Below are positions 1 to 15,536 of a stretch of 64,000 bases of DNA, piece by piece. The stretch's first letter is position 1. The number at the start of each line of letters is the position of its first letter. The notes below the pieces were generated by a model. It had not been told where the DNA came from and searched no databases. It worked only from the letters and a program-made list of their open reading frames with translations. The position numbers were made by a program, and so were the translations under genes. The stretch is from Octopus vulgaris. Taxonomy: Eukaryota. Location: the NCBI GenBank assembly GCA_951406725.2, contig OX597819.1, positions 108,314,001-108,378,000 of the forward strand, read 5' to 3'.

Positions 1-73
1 TTGTAGTTCCTTCAATTTCTAATAGAATCTAAAACTAAAATTACATATACATGTGTGTATGTGAATGTATGTA

Positions 74-117
<44 letters not shown>

Positions 118-824
118 TGTATCATCATCATGGTTTTAACATCTATTTTTCTATGCTTACACAAATCAGACATGAATAAGATGGAGCCAGATGCCTGACC
201 TGGCACCAAGCCTAACCTGTGTCCAAACAAGGTAATAATCTCCCAATCTGTCAAACAACAAACAGCTCGGATTTGGTCATTAGAAAAACTGGAAACAAAT
301 GAGCCTTTTGCTTACAAAGATCAGACAGGTTAAGAAGCCTGAATGTGTTTTTGCAGTATACAAGCCAATAACACTTCATTGTTAACAACTACTGAACACG
401 TGAAGACGAGGGGGAAATATGAACAGACTCCCACAAACACATACACAGACGATGGACTTCTTCACATTTTGTGTCCACTAAATTCTGCTCACAAGGCACT
501 GGTCACCTCAAGACTACAACAAAAGACACTTGCTTCAGGAGCCATGCAGTGATATTGAACCCAGACCCAAATGAGTGTGAGACTAACTTCTTAACTACAT
601 AGTTATGCCTGTACTTATTTGCTTTGTTTTATTTTTGGCTCAGGAACACAATTCAATTGCAGTAGATTAGAACTCCTAACCTAGCAAGACCTTATCCATT
701 CGGTCAAATCACTTCTATGATGTTATAGCAGTTCTTAATATAAAAATGTAAATAGCTTCATAAGTTCCGAGGGGTTTTTAAAAGCCAGTTCTTATCTATT
801 TATTTTTTTTTTTTTACATAATGG

Positions 825-1240
825 CGAGGAGACCCTTTGTGCTTGAAGAGACCTATTCAGTCAAGTATATCAACATCAAAGTAAAAATCAAATGAAAATT
901 GTAGTTATGACACCCATGCTGGTGGCACATAAAAAGCACCAACCAAATGTGGCCGATGCCAGCACCGCCTGACTGGTGTCCGTGTCGGTGACACGTAAAA
1001 TGCACCAACCGATTGTGGCTGTTTGCCAGCCTCTTCTGGCCCCTGTGCTGGTGGCATGTAAAAAGCACCCACTACACTCACGGAGTGGTTGGCATTAGGA
1101 AGGGCATCCAGCTGTAGAAACACTGCCAGATCAGACTGGAGCCTGGCGCAGCCTCCTGGCTTCCCAGACCCCAGTCGAACCGTCCAACCCATACTAGCAT
1201 GGAAAACGGATGTTAAACAATGATGATGATGATGATGATG
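825..1240 (+). mobile_element. SINE/non-autonomous retroelement with (GAT)n tail (family C)
   Basis: Shares CACCCACTACACTC..GGAGTGGTTGGC.TTAGGAAGGGCATCCAGCTGTAGAAAC...CTAGCATGGAAA..GGA.GTTAAA + (GAT)n with copies at 36430-36605, 56300-56480, 60487-60640 (-) and 61880-62060. Confidence 0.8.
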
Positions 1241-3143
1241 GTATTTGTAAATGAAAGACAAATGTCTCTCTGGGTAGAGAATTGATCTACCACAGGATAA
1301 CCTGATTTGCTCTAATATTTATTTTAAATATCTACAGCATCCAACCTAGAGAGAAAGACAATGGAGTGTCTGCTGTGGATGCAAACTTGCAATGTAATCT
1401 TTTCTACTCTAGGCACAAGGCCTGAAATTTGGGGGGAGGGGGCCAGTCAATTAGATCGACCACAGTACGCAACTGGTACTTAATTAATCGACCCGTAATG
1501 TCAAACAGGAGGATATTTTTTACCTCTAAACAGGTAAATAGCTTGCTTTTGTTGTTGTTACTGTTATTGTTTAACCCTTGGTCAACTCTGAGCAGACTTA
1601 TAATCAAGGGCATTCCAGTCATGATCACTTTGAGTTGCTTTCATGAATAAGGTACCTAGGACTTCTTATACAGTATGCTCTTTTTTTTTTTATAAGATGC
1701 TAGAACCTGGTTTGAGGTAAACCTACCTGCTATTTCTAAAAAAGCCCAGTAACTTCATTGGCTCAGAATGTTTTAGGTTGTAGTTTAGCCCCAGGTCAAA
1801 CCTGACTAAATAAATCTGTGACCAAAAATGTTTCAGCCATGACTGACCATCCTGTCCTTTTGTATATCTGGGATTATATTATACAATGTGTCCTTTACAT
1901 TTTAATGACAGTCGATTGTGATTTGGCAATTGTTTCTAGCAGGTCAAGCAGCTATGTAGAGTCTCTTTCATTGTCTGGAGATGTTTTTAGTAATTTAACA
2001 ATGTGGACCAAACTCCCTAAATGGGGTAAGTTATTCACTCAGGGAGACCCAGACAGGCATTCAGACAGAGACAAATGCATTTACAGAGCACCCACACACA
2101 GGCAGACAGGCAGATAGACAAGCACACACACACACCACATTGATACACAAAGATTTACAAACACGCAGAGCTAACACACACACACAGGTAGGAAAACACA
2201 CATACTGTCAGGAAAAGGTACACACAACCACATGCTGAGACAGAGAGGCAAACATACAGACACATGGTCATACAGACACACCCATAGACATGCACATGAA
2301 CAGATAAAGAGAAAAAAAAACTGGAGCAACTTTTTCATGTCAACTATCCACCCCTTTTGTGCTCACCCTTATATCCTTCTCACCCCACCACCAGAAACAA
2401 AATCATGATGAGGGAAGGGCTTTCTTTTTAAATAGTCAAGAAAACAGGGTAGACTTTACCCCTTGAAGAGAGAAAAAAAAGAGCAAGTTTCTCACCCCGC
2501 TACCATTCATACCCTCCACTCTTTAACACTCCTACCACTTCCACTTCGTTTCCATACTCAAACATACCCCCACCCCATCTCAGATATATACACATGTGCA
2601 TGTTCTTTCGTCAAAAGAAATGGTGAGAGAGAATGTGTGATAAAAAAGAAACAATGTGTATGTATGTATATGTGTAAGAGACTGTTTATGTAAATGTGTG
2701 TGCGTGCATGCGTACCCCCAGCCCAGCGCGTGTGTGAATGTGCATCTAAAAGTCATGTGTGAATGTGTGTCTAAAAGTAAAAGTACACATCTGAACGTGA
2801 ATGTATGTAGTTGTGTATGTATGAGTGTGGATATGTGTCTGTATATGCGTGGATATGTAAGCTTGTGTGAATGTGTGTGTATAAGTGTGTAGTGTGTGTA
2901 AGTGTATGGTGTATGTGAGTGAGTGTGCATATGTTTTGCGTTTACAGAGTTGCAAAAATAATGGAAAAGGGAATTTTTAACTATTTTGTGAGACGACATT
3001 CTTTTTTGTTGGTAGTATTGTTGGTGTTTTTCTTTTTTTCTTTGTTAGCCATAGATCTGGAGAAGACCTATGATCAAAGGTATTCCAACCATGACCAGCC
3101 TGCCTTTTCTTTTCAGATATAGTATTTGTGTGTGTGCATATAA

Positions 3144-3230
<87 letters not shown>

Positions 3231-4131
3231 GATAGACAGACACAGAGACAAAGGCAGAGAGAGAACCACATTATCCAATAACATCTTTAACAGGAGGAGT
3301 ATTGTCAGATATTGCTAGCAAGAAGAGCAACCGCATGGAGGCTTCTCTAATCTCATTGTTACATTGTTGATGGCAATGGTGGTTGGATTTATCGTAATAA
3401 TAACAAAATACTGAGTGTTTACTCAAATATTTGGGGTTGAAGTTGTTTTGGTAGGTGCTTTAGATGATAGCAGAACCAATGGGTTGTGATGGTGGTGGTG
3501 ATATACAGCAGGGGTGGGGATGGATGATAGTAGTTGCCTCTGTTTAGAATGGTACTAATAGTAATGGAAGAAATTGTGTTCGGAAAGACTGTATCTCTGT
3601 GTGTGTGTTGTTGTCGTGGATTAATAAATAGGTAGATTAATAGAGAGATAGATAAAATAGACAGACAGATAGATATAAACAAACAGACGATTAGAAAAAA
3701 CGGACAGATAGACTGGTACACAGAGAGTCAGACAGACATAAAGAGAGAAAGTCAAATGGACAAATAGATAGACAGACAGACAGAAAGAGAAATAAATAGA
3801 AAGACAAATAGATTAGACAGGCAAAGATACAGAATGAGACATAGAAAATTAAATTAAGGTATGCTTGTTTGCATAGTTTAGGATTATACACACCTGCACG
3901 CACGCACGCATACACACACGTCTGTAAATACATGCATGTGTGTATGTGCACATATATAAGTATGTATGTATTGTGTGTGTGTGTGTGTGCAAGGATGTAT
4001 GTCCTTACATATGTGTGTGTGTGTGTATATATACATATATATATACACACACACATTATATATATATATATATATACATACAAAAAGAGAGAAAAAGGGG
4101 GGGGTGAATATAGATATGCATGCATGTGTGT

Positions 4132-4165
<34 letters not shown>

Positions 4166-4344
4166 GCAGTTCAATCTGTAAAGTGGCTGGCATTAGGAAG
4201 GGCATCCGACCATATAAACTATGCCAAAACAGTGAAGCTTGGTGCAGTCTTCTGGCTTGTTAACTCCTGTCAAATCATCCAACCCATGCTAGCATAGAAG
4301 ACAGCTGTTAAATCTATATCTATCTGTCTGTCTGTCTTTCTGTT

Positions 4345-4390
<46 letters not shown>

Positions 4391-5321
4391 GTGTTAGGAA
4401 GGGCATCTAGCCATAGAAACCATTCTTATATCTGAGACATGTAATTCGTCTAGGAGTGCAGTAACTCTAAATAAGAACTGACTCAGACCAGCATGACCCA
4501 TTCAACTGAAGCCAGCAATGAAAACAAATGTAAAAATGGTGATGGTGATGGTGACAGTGATGATGATAACAATATATATATATATATATATTTAATCATT
4601 AAAAAATGCTGACTTCATACATATTTAAATAATAAAAGGCTGAGCTTATTTCTTTCTCGTATTTTCTTAATGAGAAATATTGATAATAGGTTATTTATCA
4701 CACTTATCCTGCTAATATTTACAACAGTGAAAACACAAGAAAAAAATCAAACCCATCTTTTGTATTATATAAAAGAAATTAGAATTTAAAAAATAATAAC
4801 AGTTAATTATAAACCCACTCACACACACACACACACACATTACCAAATGAGGCAATTACACTTTAGCAATTTGACTGAATGAAACACTACAACCCTCTTC
4901 ATTTTCTAGGAAACACAGTCACCTACACAGATACATACACACACCCCCACATGCATACATACAAACGGAAATAGCCAATTCTAGCAAGGAGCGGTGAATG
5001 AATCTACAAGGAAGAGAATGAAAGAGGAGGATGAAGATGGTGGTGATAATGGTGAAGCTGGTGAAGGCAAATTCTTTACAGAGGCTGCTGAGGGTTGAAC
5101 TACACAGAAACAGAGGAGGATGAAGGCTTCCATTAAACAGGATGTTGTTTTGGTGCAGCTGGTGGTTATATACATGTGGTTGGTTGATGGATGAATGGAT
5201 GAATGGATGGGTGGGTGGATGGATGGATGGATAAACTAGTTTGTTGGATATGAGAGAAGGACTGATAGAGAGATACATATACATATATTCAGATGCCAAT
5301 AACAGACAGGTAGGAAAGACA

Positions 5322-5374
<53 letters not shown>

Positions 5375-5471
5375 TGAGTGTATGTGTGTGCATGTGTATT
5401 ATCATTATGATCTTTTATGTCTGCTTTCCTGATGGCATGAACTGAACGAGGTTTTGTGGTCCAAATCAGTT

Positions 5472-5473
<2 letters not shown>

Positions 5474-5520
<47 letters not shown>

Positions 5521-5524
5521 ATAT

Positions 5525-5604
<80 letters not shown>

Positions 5605-5648
5605 ATACATATACATATATATACATACATATACATATATATACATAC

Positions 5649-5699
<51 letters not shown>

Positions 5700-5708
5700 T
5701 ATATATAA
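5474..5708. repeat. Compound (TA)n/(TACA)n microsatellite, representative of dozens of TA, CA, GA and TATG tracts in the window
   Basis: Direct inspection; such tracts generate the [16 protein letters not shown] ORFs. Confidence 0.95.
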
Positions 5709-6319
5709 GCCAGAGAGATGTACACAGACAGTGAGATAATATTAAGATAACTGAATTCACATTAAGTTATGAAGAATGAAGAAGAGATAAGATGATGTAA
5801 AAAAAGACACAGAGATGCATAGGTATGTGTGTATATATACTAAGAGAGAGTGTGAGGGAGAAAAAATGAGAAAGTAAATAGAAAGTTAGAGTGAAGCAAA
5901 GACAGAGGAGAGGAACAAAGTATTTTCGTATTGCCTCCTCATCCTACCGACACACATTACCCCAAAAACTCACAACTACCCTCATTAAAAGAATTCAGGC
6001 CAGCAGTGCGTAAACAAGACACATGAGTGCAGTGTATTTTACAGACACATACTAATTCACACACACATTTTTCTTTATATAAATATGATGTTACTGGATA
6101 TATATATATATATACACATACACACACACATATATGTATATACACATCTTTATATGTATATTTGTGTGTATACATATATATAGTGTATGTATGTGTACCA
6201 GTGAATACATATTTTGTTTGTACATATATATATATGTATGTATGTATGTATGTATATATATATATATACACATACATACATAATACATAAGCATATAATT
6301 TTTTAATAATTAGTAAGGA

Positions 6320-6600
6320 AGGAGTGGCAGGGCCTTATAACCTTTGTAGGATCACCCAGAATGGTGATGTTGATGTAGTTATGTTCAGTATGAACATCTG
6401 CAGGTCAATGTTTGCATGTAAGAGAGGAAGAGGGGGAGGTAGTTCCAGAGGGTTCCAGAGAGCTGAAATATGGATCAAGACATTATAGGAGTGACCGGAA
6501 GGAAACAGATGGCTGTGTTGGGAGGGCCTGTGTGACAAGGGCAAGGGGCTAACTGGTTCAAAGAAGCAGTGACTCTTGTAGATATTCTATATTTCTGTCT
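6320..6600 (-). mobile_element. Degenerate 3' end of a CR1/Jockey-like LINE ORF2
   Basis: Translation SALWNPL...IDLQMFILNI resembles the LWNxLP...LQxFKxxI LINE tail; similar remnants at 38950-39130 (+) and 42590-42880 (-). Confidence 0.5.
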
Positions 6601-7051
6601 TGTTAGGCAAGTGATTAGCTCTCAAGTCATGTGTTAAAACTACAACAGTTGTACCATGGTAAAATCATCATCATCATCATCAACATCATAGTTTTAACAT
6701 CCACATTTCAATGCTTGCATGGGTTAGACAGAATTTGTTAAGGAAAATTTTCTACAGCCGGATAATCTTTCTGTCACCAGTCATCTTTTGTTTCCTATTG
6801 AGGTAATATTTCCACATGACTGGACATGCTTGCATGACATGACAGTGACACTTGTTTCCAACTATCATGCAATGTCAAGACAAGGAGAGCCCTGTTGTAA
6901 TCTTTCACCCCAACTTTCTCTCACTCTTTCTTCCTGTTTCTTGAGTAATGCTGCGATGGACTGGTGTCCCGTCCAGCTGGGGGAAGCACATACGCCACAG
7001 AAACTGGGAAACCGGGCCCATGAGCCTGGTTAGGCTTGAAAAGGGCGCATA

Positions 7052-7093
<42 letters not shown>

Positions 7094-7648
7094 TCACAAG
7101 GCTTTAGTCAGCCTAAGTTTATAGTAGGAGACACTCACCCAAGGTACCATGCAATGGGATTGAACCAGAAACAATATGGTTGGGAAGCAAACTTCTTGCC
7201 AAACAACTATGCTTATGCCTGCCATTGCAGACATTTAAAAGACATACAAATATTACAAAACCTCCTGAAGCAGAATGAATAATTTTGCTGAAAAGCAGTC
7301 TAATATTTCAGGCAGAATCAATCATATTCATATTCCACTTAAAAGACTGTTTACTAATGTAGCCCATCACAAGTTTCTTCAAATTCCACAATTTCACCAT
7401 TATATTTATTTTCACTTTAGCATTCTTTTGTTGCAATGATTTCTAATATAGAAGATGCAGTAATGGTTATGTGGTTAAGCAGTTTGCTTTGCATCCATGT
7501 AGATCTGGGTTTCATCCTACTGCATGAAATCCTGGGCAAGTGTATTCTACAATATTCTCAAGTTGGACAATGTCTTCTCAGTGAAATTTGATAGTAAGAA
7601 ACTGGATGGAAGACTGTAAGTTGTATTATACACACAAACACAACACAG

Positions 7649-7679
<31 letters not shown>

Positions 7680-9544
7680 CATATATATATATATGTATGT
7701 ATGCATATGTATTGTATAAAGGATTGTGGGTGTCTTCTACTATAAACTTAGATATATGTATATATATAGTCTTGGGACAATCAATGCCTTTTCAGCGGAA
7801 TAATATGGTAACTCATATGTCTGTATATACATACACATGCATGTGTGTGTGGTGTGTGCATGCATATGCATATATATATATGAATGTTTACTTTCTGCAT
7901 TTTAACACTAAAGCACTGAGTAAAAAGAAAAGAAACATGGTGATATTCCCTGCAAACAAATTGTGCTTTTGAAGACAAGTGAAATATATCCATTACTTGT
8001 AAAACAGGTAAGGGTAAATGACAAGAATCTGGTTATAAAACAATACTACAACACATATTTATCCAACTCATGCTAGAATGGAAAAACAGATGTAAAACAA
8101 GCAAATATATTCGTGTATATGTTTGTCAGTCACTATAAGAGGGTATTATCAGTTTGTTCAACATGCCTTGTGGTATTTGGTTACTTTCTGGTTACATCCC
8201 TTAACATTGATGTTAACATTACTTTCCAACTTACAAGGTTGATAAAATGAGTACCAAACAAGATACTGAGGACAATTTAATCAATTATAATCTTTGAAGA
8301 TCGTGTTCCAGCATGGATGAATACCAATAACTGAAAGCAATAAAAGAAATAAAGAACAGGCACAAGGTTCTTCATTTTGGAAGAGGGCTCAGCTGATAAG
8401 AACAACCCCAGTTCTTTATTAACATTTACTTTATCAAACCTACAAGGATGAAAGGCAAAATCAGTTCTAGGGGAATTTGGACACAGAACATAAAGAAACA
8501 TAACTAAAAGCCGCTAGGCATTTTAGTCCAGTACTCTAGCAATTATTTTTATAATCAGATAAATCATTAGATACCAAAATTTTCCCATCATACATCAATG
8601 ACCTAGTCATTGGTACTTGACCTCAGTGTTTCTTATCTGGGATGGAGGGCAATGAGCATGGAAAAGGAAGAAGACAAATTGCTGCATTTAATAAAATTCA
8701 GATGATTTTATCCTGCACCAAAGCAAAGAGAGAATTAAATGGATGCATTATGGTGAAGAAAGAAAACTTATATGGATGCAAAGCATACTGCATAAAAGTA
8801 ATAAAAATAAAGAAATCATTCTTATAAATTAAAGGAAAAAGTAGGTAAAATATGTCACTAATATTTTATTGTGGGGCCACCCTGATATTTATCAGCATGG
8901 GAACCACTATTCTACTACCCTGTGTCTGTTACAAGTCACTCAGTGACTGGATAGTTCTTACACGCTGAAGTGTGTGCATTTTTTTTAGTAGGGGTGGGGA
9001 TTGATGTTTTTACAGTCTTCTTCTATTCCACTCTTTTCTTTTGATGTTTTCTTAGGTAATTGGCCACAGTTCTGGATACTCATCATATTTCATTATACCT
9101 TCATTCTCTCATTTCACTGTTACAGTCTGTTAATTCACATCGTAATCTTATACAATCTAATCATAACCACCGCATTAAACCAATTCTTGAATAAGGTCAC
9201 AAGCTAGCCTTCTATATATATATATAGAGAGAGAGAGAGGGGGGGAGAGAGGGAAAGACAGACAGACACATTGATATATACAGATATATATACATATATA
9301 CATACATGCATACATACACACACACACGTGTGCATATCTCTTTACTGCTTTCAGTCTTAGGACATCAACTTCAGAGGTTTTAGATTATGGTCAATTTAGC
9401 AAATGGCTAAATCCTCCTTGATATAAAGGGGTAGAACCAACATCGAATAAATGATAAAATGTATTTTTGTTTGATATACAGATTTATTAGCACTCCTATG
9501 CAAGTACACACACACATATGCATGCACACATAATTTAATAAGTT

Positions 9545-10020
9545 TGACTCAGCTCCATATAACTTAAAAGTTTCATGGGCTCACAGAAGAAACCCATTAT
9601 ATATCTATACGATATGTATGAAGTGCAATGTTGCAGGGTAGCAAGATGTAGGCCTTGCATGCAGAAGATTTGTGACAACTGAAAAGAAAAGAAGCGAGTA
9701 TGCTCCATTGGATGTGTGATGTTAGCGTGTGTATGAACAATAAAGCTCAAACAAGCTGTGAGAAAAGCTGGGTGTAAGAGCTATCAGGTGGAATGTGCAA
9801 GAGAGAAAACTGTGTTGATATTGGTAGGGGATGTAAATGGAGGATGTTAGTTGCATAGTGAAGTACTGAGCACTTGAAATGAACTGAACCTGCAGAAGAG
9901 AGAATCATAAGGAAGTATGGGGCAAAGTGGTAAAGACTGATCTCAAGAAACTGGTCTTCACAAATAAGATGACAAAGAGCTATGGAGATTGGTCAAATGC
10001 AGTGTTGGAAAAGATTGGTC
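9545..10020 (+). mobile_element. Degenerate RTE-clade LINE 3' fragment
   Basis: Broken reading SAML.GS...EASMLHWMCDVS...EKLGVR.I...VQERKL matches the RTE ORF C-terminal pattern. Confidence 0.6.
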
Positions 10021-10437
10021 CTCTAGTGCAAACATAGTTTCATCAAATCAGCAGAGTTTGTGTGATAAACAAAATATTAGTCTTGAGGCATTTATAATAG
10101 CTAAACAATTCCATTATTTCTGCAGAATAAAAATTCTGTCATTAATCACAAAGAAACTTGGTTCTGCAGAACTGTCAGTTTACTATGAATTGTCTTAAGG
10201 CTAATATTTTGTCTATCATACAAACTCTGATGATTTGATGATGTAATTTGACTCTAAGGTATATACTTGCATAGCAGCTCTATTCATCAATGGAATATAT
10301 GTATGGATGATTACAAGAATATATTTCCATTATGTTTTTCCTGTAATTATACATACACACACATGTATGTATGTATATATATATGTGCATATATGTGTGT
10401 GTGTTTGTGTGTGTGCGCATGTATGTTTGTATGTGTA

Positions 10438-11716
10438 TTGGGTCATCCCATAAATATTGCGTTTTTTCTATATTTCTTTTATTTTTCAAAATTAAGATGA
10501 ACATAGATCATTTTTAATCTAGAACATACTCTCCTTCATTTTCTACAAGGCTCTTCCATCTATCTGGTAGACTTGCAGGGTCCTTCTTCCAAAATTCACT
10601 TGTCAGTGATGAAAAATACTCTTCCAATACTGTTCTCACCTCATCTACAGAATTCATATTCTTTACATCCAAATGATTTTGAAGACCGCGGAATAAATGA
10701 TAATCAGACGGGGCAATATCTAGCAAATATGGTGGGTAGGGCATCGTTTCCCATTCAAACTGTGTCAGCCTTTGGAACGTCATCTTCATTGTATGTGACC
10801 GGATGGAAGAACACCTTTTGTCTTGAAACTAAAGATGGTCATTTTCCTTCATGCACTGACTTAAGCCACTCAAGCTGCTCACAGTAAATCTCCTTTGTTA
10901 ACATTTGGTTTGGATTTAAAAGTTCAAAGTGGACTAATCCTTTCATATCCCACCAAACAGATAACAAACACCTTACAAGAGTGAAGACCTTCTTTAGCCA
11001 GGGGTGCAAGTGTTTCTCCTTGCGCTACCCACTGTCTTTGGTGCTTGACATTTTTATAGAGAACCCATTTCTTGTCAACAGTCACTATTTGGTCCAAAAG
11101 AGGTTCATTTGTGAGGTGTGACAGCAAAGAAGAGCACATATTCACTCTCTGTGCACGATTAGACTTAGAAAGTTTGTGAGGAACCCATTGACTCAATTTT
11201 CTGACTTTTCTGATGGCACACAAGTGTCGATGAATGGTTGAGTGACCAAATCCAAGCTTCTCTGCTAGTTCCTCAACAGTTATGATGGGATTTTGTTCCA
11301 CCGGGGTTTGCAGGATGTCCTCATTGAGTTCTACAGATCTTCTAGGACAAGGCTTGTCTTCTAGGCTGTAATTTCCAGCTTGGAATTTCTGGAACCACTG
11401 TTGACACTGGCTTATGCTTATTGTCCGATCCCCATATACTGCAGTGATATTCCTCACACTTTTCATTGTGTTGTTGCCTTTATTAAATTCATAAAGCAAA
11501 ATATGCCAAATATGCTCCTTTGTCACTCCTATTATAGGTTCGAAAAAATAACTGTTAAAATCGAACTGCATTCTTCAAAATTTGCCCTAAGAATAAGAAC
11601 TAAGTTAAAATTACTACCTACTTCTACAGCAAATTGATGCAGGCAGTCTATCCTATGCCCTTCCAACTTTTATTTCATGCAATTGAAAAAACCGCATTAT
11701 TTATGGGATGACCCAA
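10438..11716 (-). mobile_element. Full-length (about 1.28 kb) mariner DNA transposon, inactive
   Basis: TIRs TTGGGTCATCCCATAAATATTGCGTTTTT (10438) and AAAAACCGCATTATTTATGGGATGACCCAA (ends 11716); TA at left flank; encloses transposase ORFs. Confidence 0.95.
10514..11571 (-). pseudogene. Mariner (D,D34D) transposase pseudogene
   Basis: ORFs 10924-11571 and 10514-10789 carry WVPHKL, IVTVDKKWVLY and YPPYLLDIAPSDYHLF motifs; frameshifted; the HQDNARPH motif has lost its Asp by a small deletion near 10800. Confidence 0.93.
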
Positions 11717-11959
11717 GATATACGTAAAATGGAATTCTCAGACACTTCTTCTTAAACTATTCTATTATATAAGCCTATAAGACTATAATGAACAGAAAGG
11801 TATTGGGAATGGAGCCCTGGTGGATGGTGGATCTACATGCACTCATCAACAAATTTATTACTGACTCTCACTTAGCTGACTGTGCCTCTCTACATGACTT
11901 GCACAACACTCACAAGCCATTCGTCCTTTCCAAGTTTATATTGATCATCAGAATACAAT

Positions 11960-12450
11960 GTATGGAACCTTGTTAAAGGCCTGGCAATATGAAGCTTCTT
12001 CTTCTTCAGAGTGAAGGACAGAGTATATGATGTTTGTGTGTAAAGTACAATTTTGCATGGTAATAAGACGTAGTCACTGAATGCAGAGGTTTTGAAGCAA
12101 CTAGAAAGAAATGAATTGAGTATACTCTGCTGGATGTGTAATATTAGTAAGCATGGATGACAGAGCACAAATGAGCTGAGAGTAAAGCTGAGCACTGGCA
12201 AAATCTGATATGTGCAACACTGCATTGGTATGAGCATGTGATGCATATGGAAGAGGACAGCCCTATAAAGAATTACCACATACTTAAAACAAATGGAACA
12301 TGTGGAAGACACAGCCAGAGGAAGACTTGAGACAAAGGAGTGAAGACAGATGTGAAATTGTTACATCTCACAGAGGAGAAGATTGCAATGTCTGGTTGCA
12401 TGCTTTACAGAAGATCTGTACACTTGTCCTGGCTTGGCAAAACTGACATT
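11960..12450 (+). mobile_element. Degenerate RTE-clade LINE 3' fragment
   Basis: SLRVKDRVYDVCV.STILHGNKT...LERNELSILCWMCNIS pattern; homologous to 9545-10020 and 49540-49940. Confidence 0.6.
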
Positions 12451-12462
12451 AAAATTGTATAG

Positions 12463-12513
<51 letters not shown>

Positions 12514-13465
12514 TATATAAATAAATAAGTATATATAATCTATTTATTTAATTTACACACGTACAAACATATATATAGGCATGTATCATTAGGCATATGT
12601 AAGTACATGTATGTGCATGTACATATGCATTCATACATCTGCATTCTGTTAAGTCCACATCGTTGGCCTCTTTGATAGCCTCTCACCTAACACCCCCATC
12701 ATTTACCCCACTATCTCACATCCTGCTCATCACACATGCTTTTATCACTCATTTTTGTCTATCACCTGTACATTTCACCTATGACTATTTGGTACATGTC
12801 TTTATATCTCATTCCACCTCACCCACACCTCTATTACCCATCCCTCAGTCATTACTTCCTTTTTTCAATCTCACAGTAGGACTAAAGTTCAATGTATTCC
12901 TTCTGTCTACCATACATAACATCCAGTATAACTAAGGATGTCACTCTACCTATCTGACCATCTAACCCTTTCACCGACACTCATATATGAAGCTTACTGA
13001 TACAGGATACACCAACTTACTTTACCTTCCCCTTATCACCACTCAACATTTGTGGATCATCTCAAAGACTATAAGTGAAAGGCTACATTGGACCAATGGT
13101 GCTCTTACATTCTACCGTCACCTTTCCCTCCTGTACTACTTGGCTTCACCTCATTTCACTCTACTCTATTTCTCCCACACATCCTGGGTCTTGAACATTC
13201 AATCTCCAGGATCATTGATATATATATGTGTGTATATATATATATATATACCGATATATGCAAGCATGTTTACACACACTCATATGACACACATATATAT
13301 ACATATACATGCATATGTATATACACACACATATATATATATATATTCATATATATGTATATATCTTTATATATATCATCATCATCATGTATATACTTTT
13401 ATATAGTATATATATATAATCATCAACATCATCTAACGTCAACTATATATATATATATGAATATA

Positions 13466-13697
13466 AGGACAGCAAGCTGGGAAAATCGTTAGCACACCGG
13501 GTGAAATGCTTCGCAGTAGTTCATTTGCCATTACGTTCGTTCTGAGTTCAAATTCTGCCGAGGATGACTGTGCCTGTCATCCTTTCAAGATTGATTAAAT
13601 AAGTACCAGTTACACACTGGGGTCCATGTAATCACTTTAATCGCTTTGTCTGTACTTGTTTGTCACCTCTGTGTTTAGCCCCCTCCTGGCAATAAAG

Positions 13698-13701
<4 letters not shown>
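13466..13701 (+). mobile_element. tRNA-derived SINE (family B)
   Basis: GCTGG..AATCGTTAGCAC.CCGG head, GAGTTCAAATTC B-box-like motif, tail ...GTGTTTAGCCCC...AAAGAAATA; matches 28034-28251. Confidence 0.8.
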
Positions 13702-13759
<58 letters not shown>

Positions 13760-13854
13760 GTCATTTAGAGGTACAGACAAGGCTGTGTGATAAACATATA
13801 TATCTTTATATATATATATATAACATATTTTTATATACACATTTATATTTATAA

Positions 13855-13898
<44 letters not shown>

Positions 13899-14306
13899 TT
13901 AAATTAATAATTATATACATATGTATATAATTATATTATATATGTATATTATATACATAATTATATATATATGTATCTTATATTAATTTAATGTATAAAT
14001 TGCCTAAAAATTGTTTAGCATGCTGACTACCTGATAAAAATCATTAACAGGATTTTTATCCTTATATTCTATTATGAATTAATATATCTTTATTTTTACA
14101 TATATATATATATTTTTTAATGAATATATACATATATATCTTTATATATATATGTATATCTTTATATATATACATATACACATATTTCAAATAGACACCC
14201 TTCATTACAGCATTTTATCTATGCGGACACTATTCATTAGAGCAATGCCCAAACGGGTTAAATAATTAAAAACAGCACTAGAAATGATGATGATGATGAT
14301 ATATGT

Positions 14307-14375
<69 letters not shown>

Positions 14376-14522
14376 CCACTTCGTGGTATAGACAAAGTTG
14401 TGTGGTAAGATGCTTGCTTCCCACATGGCTTCAGGTTCAGGTCTACTGCGTGGTACCCAAGGCAAGTGACTTCTACAATAGCCCCAACCTATCTGGTAGA
14501 CGGAAACTAAAAGAAGCTTGTC

Positions 14523-14562
<40 letters not shown>

Positions 14563-14821
14563 GCACGCATGTATGTATATGTGTGTGTATATGTATATGT
14601 GCTACTGTCTCTCCTTGCCTTGGCTTCGCGTGATACTTGTAAACGAGTGTCACCATCACGCAGGCTGTGTCCTTCGATTTCTCTCTTCCATGAAATGATG
14701 TCTGGTCACAAGAAATATCACCTTATTTAGGAAAAAAAAAAAGGTGATGGTTGGTGACAGGAAGGACATCCTGCCATAGATACCCCCCCTCCTTTAACAA
14801 ACTTTCCCATCGGTATACACA

Positions 14822-14877
<56 letters not shown>

Positions 14878-15016
14878 AATCATTTTCTTTTTGCATCAAA
14901 TGGACAATATATGTTTCACCAATTGCCTCTCAAGACACACACACACACAAATGTAGTCACAAATTGATCTACATGTATTCAGTACTGTCAAATATACAGG
15001 GCAGTGTTAGTGTATA

Positions 15017-15083
<67 letters not shown>

Positions 15084-15365
15084 TTACAGTTATGTATATT
15101 TAAAACCATATACACTGACATCTGTATGGACTCAAATACCATTGTACAGTGTCACAATATACTCTTTATTTTAATCAAACTATATGTAACAAAAGGCAAT
15201 ATATATATATATATATATATATATATCCTTTGTACAATATATTTCATTATATTGTATAATTAGACAATATGCACCCTTACCTCCAGTGCAATAATGTGTT
15301 TATGTATATATATTTTGTATATATACATGAACATATATATGTGTGTGTAGATAAATATACGTACA

Positions 15366-15451
<86 letters not shown>

Positions 15452-15536
15452 CAGAGACATTCATATATGATACTTTGCTTATATACATTGCATAGTGTAG
15501 TTTGGTTTGAAATAAACAATGAGATGTACGACTTAC

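Noticed and set aside
4981-5175. MEAFILLCFCVVQPSAAS looked like a signal peptide
   Set aside because: Embedded between simple repeats, no donor site, ORF ends in low-complexity sequence
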